This document shows, in pieces, positions 39,540-49,770 of a stretch of DNA of 64,000 nt. The position numbers and the translations under genes are program-made. The stretch lies in contig CAZFOD010000003.1 in assembly GCA_964520545.1 (NCBI GenBank), positions 20,728 through 84,727 of the forward strand. The letters run 5' to 3'. Positions within the stretch are counted from its first letter, which is position 1. Each line of letters opens with the position of its first letter. A model generated the notes under the pieces. The model saw only the letters and a list, made by a program, of their open reading frames with translations. It did no database searches and had not been told where the DNA came from. Origin of the DNA: an uncultured Candidatus Saccharibacteria bacterium. GTDB taxonomy: Bacteria; Patescibacteriota; Minisyncoccia; Phycocordibacterales; CAIZLB01.

Positions 39540-40148
39540 ATGGGAATTAAGTTACTAGAGCGCCAAGATGCAATCTCAAAGCTAACAAAAGAGCTTCTTG
39601 CAATGAAGGGTGCTCTAGCAGACGAACGACGTAAAAATAAAGTAAATCCTGTTGTTGGAGAGGGAAGTCTCACCGCTGACATCGTGTTTGTAGGTGAAGC
39701 TCCTGGAAAGAATGAAGCCTTAAAGGGTAAACCATTTTGTGGGGCATCAGGAAAGTTTCTTGATGTAATGTTGGATTCAATAGGTTTACTTAGATCACAT
39801 GTATATATTACAAACTTGGTAAATGATCGCCCGACAGATAACAGAGATCCTTCACCTCAAGAAATTGAGTCATATGCTCCTTTTCTTGAAAGACAACTGG
39901 AAATAATTAAACCAAAGGTTATTGCTACACTCGGGCGTATCCCTATGGCATACATCATGAAAAGATTTGGTCTAGAGCATGAGCTTAGTGTAATCTCAAA
40001 AATTCATGGTAAGACTTTTAAAGTAAAAGCACCTTGGGGTGGAAATATTACAATTATTCCCCTCTATCACCCTGCTTCTGCACTGTATAACGGAAGCAAT
40101 CGAGCTACACTTCTTGAGGATTTTAAGGTGTTGAAGGCTGTGATATAG
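39540..40148 (+). CDS. Uracil-DNA glycosylase, family 4
   Basis: VFVGEAPGKNEALKGKPFCGASGKFLD family-4 signature. Confidence 0.75.
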   Translation: MGIKLLERQDAISKLTKELLAMKGALADERRKNKVNPVVGEGSLTADIVFVGEAPGKNEALKGKPFCGASGKFLDVMLDSIGLLRSHVYITNLVNDRPTDNRDPSPQEIESYAPFLERQLEIIKPKVIATLGRIPMAYIMKRFGLEHELSVISKIHGKTFKVKAPWGGNITIIPLYHPASALYNGSNRATLLEDFKVLKAVI

Positions 40149-41947
40149 TGCTGCATATGAAAAAAACAGCTTCGACGTATAAGACTGAATGGGACTTTTC
40201 TGAAATTTACTCTGGATTGAACGACAAAAACCTGGAGGCGGATGTTGCGGCTATTGAAAAAGCACACACTCTTTTTGCTAAGAAGTATTCTAAGAGGGAA
40301 GATTATCTTACAGATGAAAATAAGCTGAGTATTGCTCTCAAGGATTACGAGAAGCTCCTCGAACAAATTGGTTCAACCAAGCCTCTTTGGTACCTGTACA
40401 ACATGCAGGCTATTGATAGTCAAAATCAAACTATTACTGCGTTACTCGGAAAATTTGAACCCCGCATCACTAAGGCTGGAAACCTTACATTGTTTTTTAC
40501 TTTGAAGCTAGGAAAGATTGATCGAAAGCTTCAATCGACATTTCTAAAAAGCCCGTTATTAAAACATTATAGGTATTTCCTTAAGCAGATATTTGAGACA
40601 TCGAAATATGACTTATCTGAACCTGAAGAGAAAATATTGAGTCTCAAGTCAAGAACAGCTAGAGATATGTGGTCTGAAAGTTTTAGTAAGCTTCTTGCTA
40701 AACAGACAGTAAGGCATGCTGGAAAAGATGTACCCATGGGGAGCGCCCTGAATTTGATTCAGCAACTTCCGTTAAAAGAAAGACACGAGCTACACACTGC
40801 ATGTATGAAGGTGCTCAAGGATATTTCATATTTTGCTGAGAGTGAGATTAACGCCATATATAGTGACAAGAAAGTTAATGATGAACTCCGAGGTTTCAAG
40901 GAGCCATACAGCGCTACAATTCTTGGATATCAAAATGAAGAGAAAAGCGTTATGGCACTGGTGGATGCTGTTACAGAAGGTTTTTCTATAAGCAATCGAT
41001 TCTATAAACTAAAAGCTAAGTTGCTTGGTTTAAAGAGTCTTAGATATGCGGACCGTGGAGTTGGTATTGGTCAAAACGTCAAGGAAATAAAGTTCGATCA
41101 GTGTTTGGACATCGTAAGAGAAGGGTTCCGAGATGTAAAAAAGGAATATTCAGATCAGTTGGACTATATGCTTCAGACGGGGAAAATTGATGTGTACAGC
41201 AAAAAAGGAAAACAAGGAGGAGCATATTGTTGGGGAGGTAGCGGAGTTCCAACAGTGGTATTTTTAAATTATGTACCGAGTTTAGATGCCGTCATGACAC
41301 TTGCTCATGAAATGGGCCATGCGATTCATTCAGAGCTATCAAAGAAGCCCTCTATAATATACCAACACTACACTATATCTGTGGCAGAAGTCGCCAGTAC
41401 CTTCTTTGAAAATCTTGCTTTTGAAAAGGTTTTTGCAACACTCACTCCTCAGGAACAGATTGTTGCACTTCACGATCGTATACAAGATTACATCTCCACT
41501 GTATTTCGACAGATAGCATGTTTTAACTTTGAACTCGATATTCATAGAATGATAAGAGAAAAAGGTGCAGTAACTGAAAAGGAACTATGCAAATTGCATA
41601 ATAAACATATGTCCGCATATATTGGACCTATAGCAAAGCTAAACGAAGATGACGGATACTTCTTCACCGCATGGAGCCATATCAGAAGGTTTTTCTACGT
41701 ATATTCATATGCTTATGGAGCTTTAATTAGCCGAGCACTATATACAAAGTACGTAGAAGATAACTCATACATTGAAAAAGTAAATTCATTTATGGAAGCA
41801 GGATGTACTATGAGTCCCGAAGATATCTTTAAATCAGTCGGAATAGATACCTCAAAGCCAGAATTCTTCAAGGAGGGGCTTAAGAGCATCGAGGCAGATA
41901 TCATACGCCTGGAGAAGCTTGCAAAAGCAGCAAAGATGATTAAGTAA
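40148..41947 (+). CDS. pepF: Oligoendopeptidase F (M3B metallopeptidase)
   Basis: HEMGHAIHSE zinc-binding HExxH motif, ~600 aa. Confidence 0.75.
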   Translation: MLHMKKTASTYKTEWDFSEIYSGLNDKNLEADVAAIEKAHTLFAKKYSKREDYLTDENKLSIALKDYEKLLEQIGSTKPLWYLYNMQAIDSQNQTITALLGKFEPRITKAGNLTLFFTLKLGKIDRKLQSTFLKSPLLKHYRYFLKQIFETSKYDLSEPEEKILSLKSRTARDMWSESFSKLLAKQTVRHAGKDVPMGSALNLIQQLPLKERHELHTACMKVLKDISYFAESEINAIYSDKKVNDELRGFKEPYSATILGYQNEEKSVMALVDAVTEGFSISNRFYKLKAKLLGLKSLRYADRGVGIGQNVKEIKFDQCLDIVREGFRDVKKEYSDQLDYMLQTGKIDVYSKKGKQGGAYCWGGSGVPTVVFLNYVPSLDAVMTLAHEMGHAIHSELSKKPSIIYQHYTISVAEVASTFFENLAFEKVFATLTPQEQIVALHDRIQDYISTVFRQIACFNFELDIHRMIREKGAVTEKELCKLHNKHMSAYIGPIAKLNEDDGYFFTAWSHIRRFFYVYSYAYGALISRALYTKYVEDNSYIEKVNSFMEAGCTMSPEDIFKSVGIDTSKPEFFKEGLKSIEADIIRLEKLAKAAKMIK

Positions 41948-41990
41948 GATCCCCTAATCCCATCGGAATCCTTCAAAAAATAAGCCTTTG

Positions 41991-41999
41991 TGTTATGAT
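41991..41999 (+). promoter_or_regulatory. Extended -10 element TGtTATGAT 9 nt upstream of alaS ATG (near-leaderless)
   Basis: TGnTATGAT match read directly. Confidence 0.3.
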
Positions 42000-42007
42000 G
42001 ATGTCCT

Positions 42008-43849
42008 ATGAAATCCTCTGATATCCGTCAGCGATTCCTTACCTTCTTTGAGAAGCGAGGGCACGCAATCATTCCATCAGCCTCACTTGTACCGGAAAAT
42101 GACCCTACCGTGCTTTTTAATACCGCAGGCATGCAACCTTTGGTCCCTTACCTATTAGGTGAGAAGCATCCTCAGGGAACTCGATTGGCTAACATACAGA
42201 AATGTCTGAGAACAAACGATATTGAGGATATTGGAGACAATACACATGCTACTTTCTTTGAAATGATGGGTAACTGGTCTCTTGGTGACTATTTCAAGAA
42301 AGAAGCTATTGAATGGAGCTATGAATTGCTCACAAGTAAGGAAGAAGGATTTGGACTTGATCCAAACCGGCTATACATCTCATGCTTTGAGGGCGACGCG
42401 GCCAACAATATCCCAAAAGATGACGAAGCCGCTGATATTTGGAAGAGTCTCTTTGAGAAGAATGGAATAAAGGGAGAAAGGGTATATTTCCTTGGAGCAG
42501 ATGCAAACTGGTGGCCAGCAGTTAAAAAGGCTACTGATACTTGGACAGGACCGACCGGACCTTGTGCTGAAATGTTTTACGATGTTACAGGTACCTTAAA
42601 TCAAGGAATGACAAGAGAGGAGTACCTCGCTGCAGATGAAGCGCAGAAGGTTGTTGAAATTGGAAACGATGTATTCATGGCGTACAGAAAGGAAAATGGA
42701 AAGATTGTCGGACAACTTGAAAAGAAGAATGTAGATGACGGGCGTGGATTTGAGAGACTTGTGATGGTAATTCAAGGTAAAGACAACATATTCGATACAG
42801 ATATCTTTGAAGCTGTTATGGGTAAGATGGATGAGTTCATTTCTGATGAAACTCTAAAAGCAAATCCTGCAGAAGTTAAAAGGCTTAAGCGAATCATTGC
42901 AGACCACACTCGTACATCAGTTATGCTCATTTCAGACGGTGTTTTGCCCTCTAATACCGACCAGGGATATATCCTACGGCGTTTAATCCGTCGAGCAGTG
43001 CGTTTTGCTGACAAACTTGGCATGAAGCACGGCTCACTCTTCTGGATCGCTGATGTAATAGCTGATTCATACAAGGACGTATACAAAAACATTGCTCAGC
43101 AAAAGGAAACAATCAAGATTTCAATAGACAAGGAGGAAGAAAAATTTAGAAATACCTTAAAACAAGGGTTAAAAGAGTTCGAAAAGTCATTGGAACGAGA
43201 AGGAGGCTCAAAACTAACAGGCAAAGACGCATTCGTTCTCTTCTCTACATATGGTTTTCCAATTGAAATGACCGAGGAGATGTGTAAAGAACGAGGTGTA
43301 AATCTAGACACCGTGGAGTTTAACGATGAAATGAAAAAGCATCAAGAGTTGTCTCGTTCAGGCGCTGAACAAAAGTTTAAAGGAGGACTTGGCGACACAA
43401 GTGATCAGTCGGTTAAATATCACACCGCAACACACTTACTTCATCAGGCACTTCGTGAAGTTCTTGGTGAGCACGTTATGCAGAAGGGAAGCAATATTAC
43501 ACCAGAAAGACTTCGATTTGATTTTGCGCATACTGCAAAGATGACCGATGAAGAGAAGAAGCGAGTTGAAGATATTGTAAATGAAAAGATTCAGGCATCA
43601 CTCCCTGTGCAGGTAGTTAGCCTTTCAAGGGAAGAAGCTGAAAAAACCGGAGCTTTACACTTCTTTGGTGAAAAGTACGCAGATACTGTTACTGTGTATT
43701 ACATAGGCGATACGATTGATGCAGCTTTCTCAAAAGAATTCTGCGGTGGGCCTCATGTAAAGAATACATCAGAACTTGGACATTTTAAGATACAGAAAGA
43801 AGAAGCGGTTGCACAAGGTGTAAGACGTATCAAAGCTATTCTCGAATAA
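42008..43849 (+). CDS. alaS: Alanine--tRNA ligase, short form (catalytic + editing domains, no C-Ala domain)
   Basis: N-term FLTFFEKRGH...NTAGMQPLVPY...QKCLRTNDIEDIGD...HATFFEMMGNWSLGDYFK; editing HTATHLLHQALR and CGGPHV; only 613 aa. Confidence 0.85.
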   Translation: MKSSDIRQRFLTFFEKRGHAIIPSASLVPENDPTVLFNTAGMQPLVPYLLGEKHPQGTRLANIQKCLRTNDIEDIGDNTHATFFEMMGNWSLGDYFKKEAIEWSYELLTSKEEGFGLDPNRLYISCFEGDAANNIPKDDEAADIWKSLFEKNGIKGERVYFLGADANWWPAVKKATDTWTGPTGPCAEMFYDVTGTLNQGMTREEYLAADEAQKVVEIGNDVFMAYRKENGKIVGQLEKKNVDDGRGFERLVMVIQGKDNIFDTDIFEAVMGKMDEFISDETLKANPAEVKRLKRIIADHTRTSVMLISDGVLPSNTDQGYILRRLIRRAVRFADKLGMKHGSLFWIADVIADSYKDVYKNIAQQKETIKISIDKEEEKFRNTLKQGLKEFEKSLEREGGSKLTGKDAFVLFSTYGFPIEMTEEMCKERGVNLDTVEFNDEMKKHQELSRSGAEQKFKGGLGDTSDQSVKYHTATHLLHQALREVLGEHVMQKGSNITPERLRFDFAHTAKMTDEEKKRVEDIVNEKIQASLPVQVVSLSREEAEKTGALHFFGEKYADTVTVYYIGDTIDAAFSKEFCGGPHVKNTSELGHFKIQKEEAVAQGVRRIKAILE

Positions 43850-43871
43850 CTTTCGTGACGACAAAAAAATA

Positions 43872-45035
43872 TTGCGGTACAATTACTACATGAGCAAGCA
43901 TGTTTCTCTTATTTGTTATATCGGCAACGGCATCGTAAAAGGATCTGTTGTACTGAATGAAAAGAATAAGCTGCCTGTAATCCTAGCTACCAGAGTTCGA
44001 GAGCTTCCATACCAAGAGTTTGTCGATAGACAACACCTCGAGTCTCGCGTCATGAGTGAGTTTACTAGCCTTATCACTGATATCAAATTCAAGGATTTAG
44101 CTGGAGCAAAATTCCGTGATGCATGCGTCATTCTTTCCTCACCATGGTATGTGTCTGAAACAAAGACGGTTAAGATAGAACACGAAAAACCTTTTGAAAT
44201 AACAGAAAAGATTCTTAATGATGCAGTTGCTTCTGCAGCTTTGGAATACTCCCAGAAACCTAAAGAGGGAATTACAATTCTTGAAAAGAATGTAAGTAAA
44301 TACTTTCTCAATGGATATCCGACAAATGTCCCCCTTAAAAAGACTGCTCAGCATGTAGAGATGTCTGTTTTCTTAAGCTTTTGCCAAACAAAAACGGTTG
44401 ATCTCATTAAACAAACCATACTGTCACACCTTAATATCCACGATACACAAATTCATTCTCAGTCACTTGCTGCTTTTGCAGCGGTTCAAGAGACTTGGAA
44501 AGACCTTGCAAACTACGTTTTAACTGACATTAGCTCTCAATTGACTGAGTTAATGATTGTACGGCAGGAAACTCTAGCTGAAGCAGCATCTTTCCCATTT
44601 GGAAAACAATATGTTTTAAAGGAACTTGGTTCAATTTTCAATACAAGTGGGGATGTTTCGCGCTCTCTTCTTGAGATGTATCACAAAGGTACAATAGAAG
44701 CCTCTTTAAAATCAAAGGTGGAGGAAGCAATTGCTATGGTAAAAAAGGAATGGCTTAAACCTTTCACAAATGCACTCTCTGAAATGTCCGCGGGATCTTC
44801 ACTACCAAGTCGCTTTATACTCTTTGCTCCAAAAGATGCTGAGTGGCTTTTCGCAGACTTTATTAAATCAGAAGAATATCAACAATTTACTTTTTCAGAA
44901 GGGAAGTTTGAAGTCTACGAAGCAAAAGTTTCTGACTTTGAACATCTATATGCACTTGCAGCAGGTGTCACACCTGACATTTCGTTAGCGGTGGGGGCAA
45001 TCTTCTTTCATAAAAAAATGAAAGGTGTAATATAA
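43872..45035 (+). CDS. Hypothetical protein, possibly actin-like ATPase fold (FtsA/PilM-like)
   Basis: N-terminal SLICYIGNGIVKGSVV weakly resembles phosphate-1 motif; low certainty. Confidence 0.3.
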   Translation: MRYNYYMSKHVSLICYIGNGIVKGSVVLNEKNKLPVILATRVRELPYQEFVDRQHLESRVMSEFTSLITDIKFKDLAGAKFRDACVILSSPWYVSETKTVKIEHEKPFEITEKILNDAVASAALEYSQKPKEGITILEKNVSKYFLNGYPTNVPLKKTAQHVEMSVFLSFCQTKTVDLIKQTILSHLNIHDTQIHSQSLAAFAAVQETWKDLANYVLTDISSQLTELMIVRQETLAEAASFPFGKQYVLKELGSIFNTSGDVSRSLLEMYHKGTIEASLKSKVEEAIAMVKKEWLKPFTNALSEMSAGSSLPSRFILFAPKDAEWLFADFIKSEEYQQFTFSEGKFEVYEAKVSDFEHLYALAAGVTPDISLAVGAIFFHKKMKGVI

Positions 45036-45042
45036 TATCTAT

Positions 45043-46356
45043 ATGGTTGAAAAAAATACAAACGAAGAAGGTACGGGTGCTGAAAAGAAATCTATTCGGA
45101 ATATTCCTCTCACCAAAAAACAAACTCGAGAGCTCGAGAAAATAGAAGAGGCATTGCATGAGGGTGTTGTTCCACCATCTCCAGTTATGCCAGCGGCACC
45201 AACAAGAAGAACTACTGTAAGAAGAACTCCTCCTCGTATTGTAAATATGGATACATCAACTGTAAGCGCACGGAAGCGTAGCCCTTTGCGATGGATAGTG
45301 GTGGTACTTGTCGGTATTGTTCTTGTCTACGGAATAGGTCACATGTTTAAGAAAGCCACAGTTTCAATTACTCATTCAGAAGAAGTTGTGACACTTTCAA
45401 ACTCTGAGTTTGCTCTTATGCCTGCAACTACTACAATTGCAGGAATTCCAGCTGGAACCATTGTGTACCAAAAGAAAGCTTTCGACGTCTCAGCAACAAC
45501 TACAGTTGCAGCAACTGGTGTTCAGCAGGTTCAGAATAAGGCGAGTGGAAAACTTGTCGTATATAACGACTCAGCATCATCTCAACTCCTTGTTGCAACT
45601 ACGAGATTCCAAACCCCAGAAGGTTTAATATTCAGACTCAATAAAACAGTAACTGTATCTGCAAAGACAAATGTAACCGTTGATGTAACAGCTGATCAGG
45701 CGGGGGAAAAATACAACATTGGACCAAAAACTTTTACTCTTCCTGGTCTTCAAGGAACAGCAAAGGCTAAAACAATATATGCAAAATCAGCCGCTTCTAT
45801 GACCGGTGGATCTATTGGAACAGTAGCTCAGACTTCAGCCGATGAACTTTCAGCCTCAAAGGGTGCAATTCATGACAGCATCGAACGTACCGCTCTAGAA
45901 AAGGCTACATCTCAAGTTCCTGAGGGTTATGTACTCCTCAAGGGAGGTATGACGGTTGAATTCGGAGACCTTAAGCAGGTATATGATCAAACAACTAAGA
46001 CAGCAACGCTCTCACAGACTGCTCTTGCCACGATTTACTATCTCGAGAAGTTAAGCCTAACAGATGCAATAGCTAAGAAAAGTAGCGCTTTTTCAGCCTC
46101 TAAGGCTATGGTGAGTACGGAGTCTCTTTCCGCTGAAATTAAGACTCCGGTCCTATTAAATATCTCAGGTACCTCAACTGTCAGGGCTGATTTTGATGAG
46201 AATGGCTTAACCATGGAGCTTGCGGGTAAAACCCGATCTGAAGCTCTCTCTGTCGTAAAGGGGATTACGGGCGTTAATGCAGTCGAAGTATCCCTCAGAC
46301 CATGGTGGGAAAGGAGACTACCCGAGGCCGGCTCAATTGAGGTTAAAATCGATTAA
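45043..46356 (+). CDS. Membrane-anchored hypothetical protein with large Thr/Ser-rich ectodomain
   Basis: Basic cytoplasmic N-term, single TM (WIVVVLVGIVLVYG). Confidence 0.45.
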   Translation: MVEKNTNEEGTGAEKKSIRNIPLTKKQTRELEKIEEALHEGVVPPSPVMPAAPTRRTTVRRTPPRIVNMDTSTVSARKRSPLRWIVVVLVGIVLVYGIGHMFKKATVSITHSEEVVTLSNSEFALMPATTTIAGIPAGTIVYQKKAFDVSATTTVAATGVQQVQNKASGKLVVYNDSASSQLLVATTRFQTPEGLIFRLNKTVTVSAKTNVTVDVTADQAGEKYNIGPKTFTLPGLQGTAKAKTIYAKSAASMTGGSIGTVAQTSADELSASKGAIHDSIERTALEKATSQVPEGYVLLKGGMTVEFGDLKQVYDQTTKTATLSQTALATIYYLEKLSLTDAIAKKSSAFSASKAMVSTESLSAEIKTPVLLNISGTSTVRADFDENGLTMELAGKTRSEALSVVKGITGVNAVEVSLRPWWERRLPEAGSIEVKID

Positions 46357-46357
46357 A

Positions 46358-46387
46358 TTGACACAATAGAGCCATTTCTGCTATAGT
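46358..46387 (+). promoter_or_regulatory. Sigma-70-like promoter TTGACA-N18-TATAGT upstream of infA
   Basis: Read directly; spacer 18 nt; 22 nt upstream of infA ATG. Confidence 0.4.
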
Positions 46388-46409
46388 TTGAACACCTTAT
46401 ACATTACGA

Positions 46410-46640
46410 ATGGACACACCAAAAAACGATAAACCGGAAAAAAACGCTGTAAATGGAGTAGTCACAGAGGCTTTGCCTAACACGTTGTTCCGAGTAAGAC
46501 TTGATGGTGAGGAAAAGGAAATCCTAGCGTATTTAGGCGGAAAAATGAGACTTAACAGAATCCGAGTCGTTATCGGCGACAAGGTGATTGTAGAGATCGA
46601 TCAGTACGGTGGTAAGGGTAGAATTACAAGACGGTTTTAA
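46410..46640 (+). CDS. infA: Translation initiation factor IF-1
   Basis: S1-like fold sequence ...[44 protein letters not shown]... Confidence 0.9.
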   Translation: MDTPKNDKPEKNAVNGVVTEALPNTLFRVRLDGEEKEILAYLGGKMRLNRIRVVIGDKVIVEIDQYGGKGRITRRF

Positions 46641-46784
46641 TAGGCGGTAGGGGCAAAATTGAGTCAGTTCTAGGAACTGATACCCCAGCTTTTTATTATG
46701 ACTTTACTTTTATACAAGGGTATAGTACGATAACACCTACGACTTTTCCGGTTTAAATTTTAGATTAAATTACAAACAATACCA

Positions 46785-46901
46785 ATGCGAGTTAAAGCTT
46801 CAGTCAAGAAAATATGTGCACAGTGCAAAGTAGTTCGACGAAAGGGCTACGTGTACGTAACGTGCAAAACAAATACTCGACATAAGCAGCGACAGGGCTA
46901 A
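46785..46901 (+). CDS. rpmJ: 50S ribosomal protein L36
   Basis: 38-aa [41 protein letters not shown] (below ORF-track cutoff). Confidence 0.85.
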   Translation: MRVKASVKKICAQCKVVRRKGYVYVTCKTNTRHKQRQG

Positions 46902-46926
46902 CCTCAATTTCTAATACTTATCTATC

Positions 46927-47304
46927 ATGCGTATCCTCGGTATCACAATTCCAGACAATAAGAGAATCGAAATGGGTCTAACAGCTCTTTTTGGAGTAGG
47001 ACGATCTAGAGCTCACAAGATCTTGGATACAGCCGGCATTGAATACGGACGACAGGCAAAAGACCTTTCTGCAGATGAAGAAAACAAGCTTCGACAGATT
47101 GTAGAGTCATTTAAGCTCGAAGCTGATCTTAAGCGAGAAGTTGGATCAAACATTAAGCGATTGAAGGATATTAAGTCATACCGAGGTTCACGACATGCAC
47201 GAAAGCTTCCAGCTCGAGGACAGCGGACAAAGACAAACGCTCGAACACTCAAGGGTGTGAAGAAGACCATGGGTTCAGGCCGAAAGAAGGAGTCAAAAAC
47301 ATAA
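46927..47304 (+). CDS. rpsM: 30S ribosomal protein S13
   Basis: MRILGITIPDNKRIEMGLTALFGVGRSRA... Confidence 0.9.
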   Translation: MRILGITIPDNKRIEMGLTALFGVGRSRAHKILDTAGIEYGRQAKDLSADEENKLRQIVESFKLEADLKREVGSNIKRLKDIKSYRGSRHARKLPARGQRTKTNARTLKGVKKTMGSGRKKESKT

Positions 47305-47328
47305 TAATTAATCATTCACGAACGACCA

Positions 47329-47754
47329 ATGGGTAAGAAACGAATTGTAAAGAATAGCGGCGGTGAGGAAGGTGCTCCAAAGGCACAGTCTTCTTCATCT
47401 AAGAAGAAGTTTGATACAGCAGTGCTTCAGGTACAGTCTACATACAACAACACTAAGCTTATCCTTACCGACACAAAAGGTAATGCTATCGCGTGGTCTT
47501 CATCAGGTTCTCTAGGCTTTAAGGGTGCAAAGAAAGGTACTCCTTTTGCAGCTGCTAAGGTAGGAGAAATACTTGCTGACAAGGCTCTCGCTATGGGGGT
47601 TAAAGAAATCTCTGTAATCGTTAAAGGAGTTGGCTCAGGCCGAGAATCATCTATCCGATCATTCGTGACTAAAGGTATTGGTCTCATCTCAGTCAGCGAC
47701 AGAACACCTGCTCCTCATAACGGGGTGAAGGCTAAGAAACCACGTCGAGTTTAA
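47329..47754 (+). CDS. rpsK: 30S ribosomal protein S11
   Basis: ...GTPFAAAKVGEILADKALAMGVKEISVIVKGVGSGRESSIR... Confidence 0.9.
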   Translation: MGKKRIVKNSGGEEGAPKAQSSSSKKKFDTAVLQVQSTYNNTKLILTDTKGNAIAWSSSGSLGFKGAKKGTPFAAAKVGEILADKALAMGVKEISVIVKGVGSGRESSIRSFVTKGIGLISVSDRTPAPHNGVKAKKPRRV

Positions 47755-47777
47755 TTTAATAAAACAATAAACGTATT

Positions 47778-48392
47778 ATGAAACTAGGTCCAAAATACAA
47801 AATAGCACGACGACTCGGGGCACCGATCTTCGAAAAGACACAGACACAGAAGTTTAAGCTTCAGTCTGAAGCTAAGAAAGGTCCCGGCGCTAAGCGTGGG
47901 GGAATGATGAAGACAGATTTCGGACGACAGATGCTTGAAAAGCAGAAGGCGCGATTTACTTATGGTATCTCTGAAAAGCAGTTTTCAAAGTACGTAAAGA
48001 ATGTCATCGAATCTAAGTCGCACACTCCTACAAACGAAGTATTCGTAGCTCTCGAAACTCGACTCGACAACGTGGTAGCTCGACTCGGTATCGTATCAAC
48101 ACGACGATTTGCTCGACAGGTCGTATCTCACGGCCACATTCTCGTAAACGGACGGAAGGTAACTGTACCTTCATATGTTGTTCGAGCTGGCGACAAGATC
48201 TCAGTTCGAGAAGGAAGCAAGTCTACTGCGATCTTCAAGGAATTTGAAGCGAAGATCAAAGAAATCCAGACTCCAATCTGGCTCACATGGGATACAGAAA
48301 AGAAGGTTGCTTCTGTACTCAAGATGCCTTCGATTGAAGGGCAGGACCTTCTGTTTGATTTGGGCGCTGTAATCGAGTTTTATAAGCGATAG
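47778..48392 (+). CDS. rpsD: 30S ribosomal protein S4
   Basis: MKLGPKYKIARRLG...; S4 domain. Confidence 0.9.
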   Translation: MKLGPKYKIARRLGAPIFEKTQTQKFKLQSEAKKGPGAKRGGMMKTDFGRQMLEKQKARFTYGISEKQFSKYVKNVIESKSHTPTNEVFVALETRLDNVVARLGIVSTRRFARQVVSHGHILVNGRKVTVPSYVVRAGDKISVREGSKSTAIFKEFEAKIKEIQTPIWLTWDTEKKVASVLKMPSIEGQDLLFDLGAVIEFYKR

Positions 48393-48414
48393 TATCAATT
48401 TTAATAAATATTTT

Positions 48415-49389
48415 ATGTCAGAAACAACAATTGTATTGCCATCAAAGCCTCGAGTTATCGAAGAGAACGAAACACAGGGCCGATATGAGATCGATGGTCT
48501 TTACCCTGGATACGGTCACACACTTGGTAACTCACTTCGACGAATCATTCTTTCATCTCTCCCAGGTGCAGCTATCACTGGTGTAAAGATTGAAGGTGTT
48601 AGTCATGAATTTTCTACTATCAAGGGTGTTAAAGAAGATGTTATCGCTATCCTTTTGAACCTTAAGAAGGTTCGATTTTCTGTTGCTTCTGACGAAGCTC
48701 AGGTTCTTACTCTCAAAGTAAAGGGCGCAAAGAAGATTACGGCTTCAGACATTAAGCTTTCTGGACAGGTAACTCTTGCAAATCCAGATCAGCACATTGC
48801 AACTATCACCGACAAGGATGTTGAAATTGATATGGAAATTACAGTTGAAAAGGGAATTGGATATGTTTCAAAAGAAGTTATCCAGAAGGATCGAGTTGAA
48901 ATCGGATCTATCGCCCTTGATGCTGCTTTTTCACCTATTCTTCAGGCAAACTACGATGTTGAACAGATGCGAGTAGGAGATCGAACAGACTTCAACAAAC
49001 TCCGAATGTTCATCCAGACAGATGGAACTATCACTCCTCACGAAGCATTCGAGAAGTCTATTGAAATTATGATTACACAGCTTAAAGCTATTATCGGCTT
49101 CAAAGATGTTGAATCAGACATCATCCACCCTTCTCACGATGTCGCTATAGACGCTCCAGCTTCAAATGAGAACAAAGAAGCTCTTGATGATGTACTCAAG
49201 ACTCGACTCGAGACTCTTGACCTCTCACAGCGAACTATGAACGCTCTTGTAAACGCTAATGTTCGAACAGTAGGTGGCCTTATCCGAAAGAAGGAGAAGG
49301 ATATCCTCGAAGTAGAAGGATTGGGCGCTAAGGGACTCGATGAAATCAAGGGTATTCTCGAGACACTTGGCTTATCACTCAAAGCATAG
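48415..49389 (+). CDS. rpoA: DNA-directed RNA polymerase alpha subunit
   Basis: N-terminal ...GRYEIDGLYPGYGHTLGNSLRRILLSS...; 324 aa. Confidence 0.9.
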   Translation: MSETTIVLPSKPRVIEENETQGRYEIDGLYPGYGHTLGNSLRRIILSSLPGAAITGVKIEGVSHEFSTIKGVKEDVIAILLNLKKVRFSVASDEAQVLTLKVKGAKKITASDIKLSGQVTLANPDQHIATITDKDVEIDMEITVEKGIGYVSKEVIQKDRVEIGSIALDAAFSPILQANYDVEQMRVGDRTDFNKLRMFIQTDGTITPHEAFEKSIEIMITQLKAIIGFKDVESDIIHPSHDVAIDAPASNENKEALDDVLKTRLETLDLSQRTMNALVNANVRTVGGLIRKKEKDILEVEGLGAKGLDEIKGILETLGLSLKA

Positions 49390-49414
49390 TATAGTCTTGA
49401 AACACTTTTAAACC

Positions 49415-49765
49415 ATGAGACATCACAACGCAAACAGAAAATTTGGCAGAAAGACTAACATCCGACGCGCTTTGATGGTGTCTTTGGCTCGAGAGCTCTT
49501 CCTCCACGGAAAGATTGTTACAACTGACGCAAAGGCTCGAGAACTTCGACCTTACGCTGAAAAGCTCATCACTACTGCAAAGGAAGGTGGAGTTTCAGCT
49601 AGCCGAAAGCTTGCAGGTAAAATGCAGAACAACCCTATTGTCGGAAAGCTCGTCAACATGGTTGGTCCTAAGTACAAGGATCGAACAGGTGGATATATCC
49701 GAATCACAAAGATGGAACGCCGATTGTCTGATGGCAGCAAGATGGCTACTATCGAACTCATCTAA
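49415..49765 (+). CDS. rplQ: 50S ribosomal protein L17
   Basis: MRHHNANRKFGRKTNIRRALM... Confidence 0.9.
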   Translation: MRHHNANRKFGRKTNIRRALMVSLARELFLHGKIVTTDAKARELRPYAEKLITTAKEGGVSASRKLAGKMQNNPIVGKLVNMVGPKYKDRTGGYIRITKMERRLSDGSKMATIELI

Positions 49766-49770
49766 CTATC

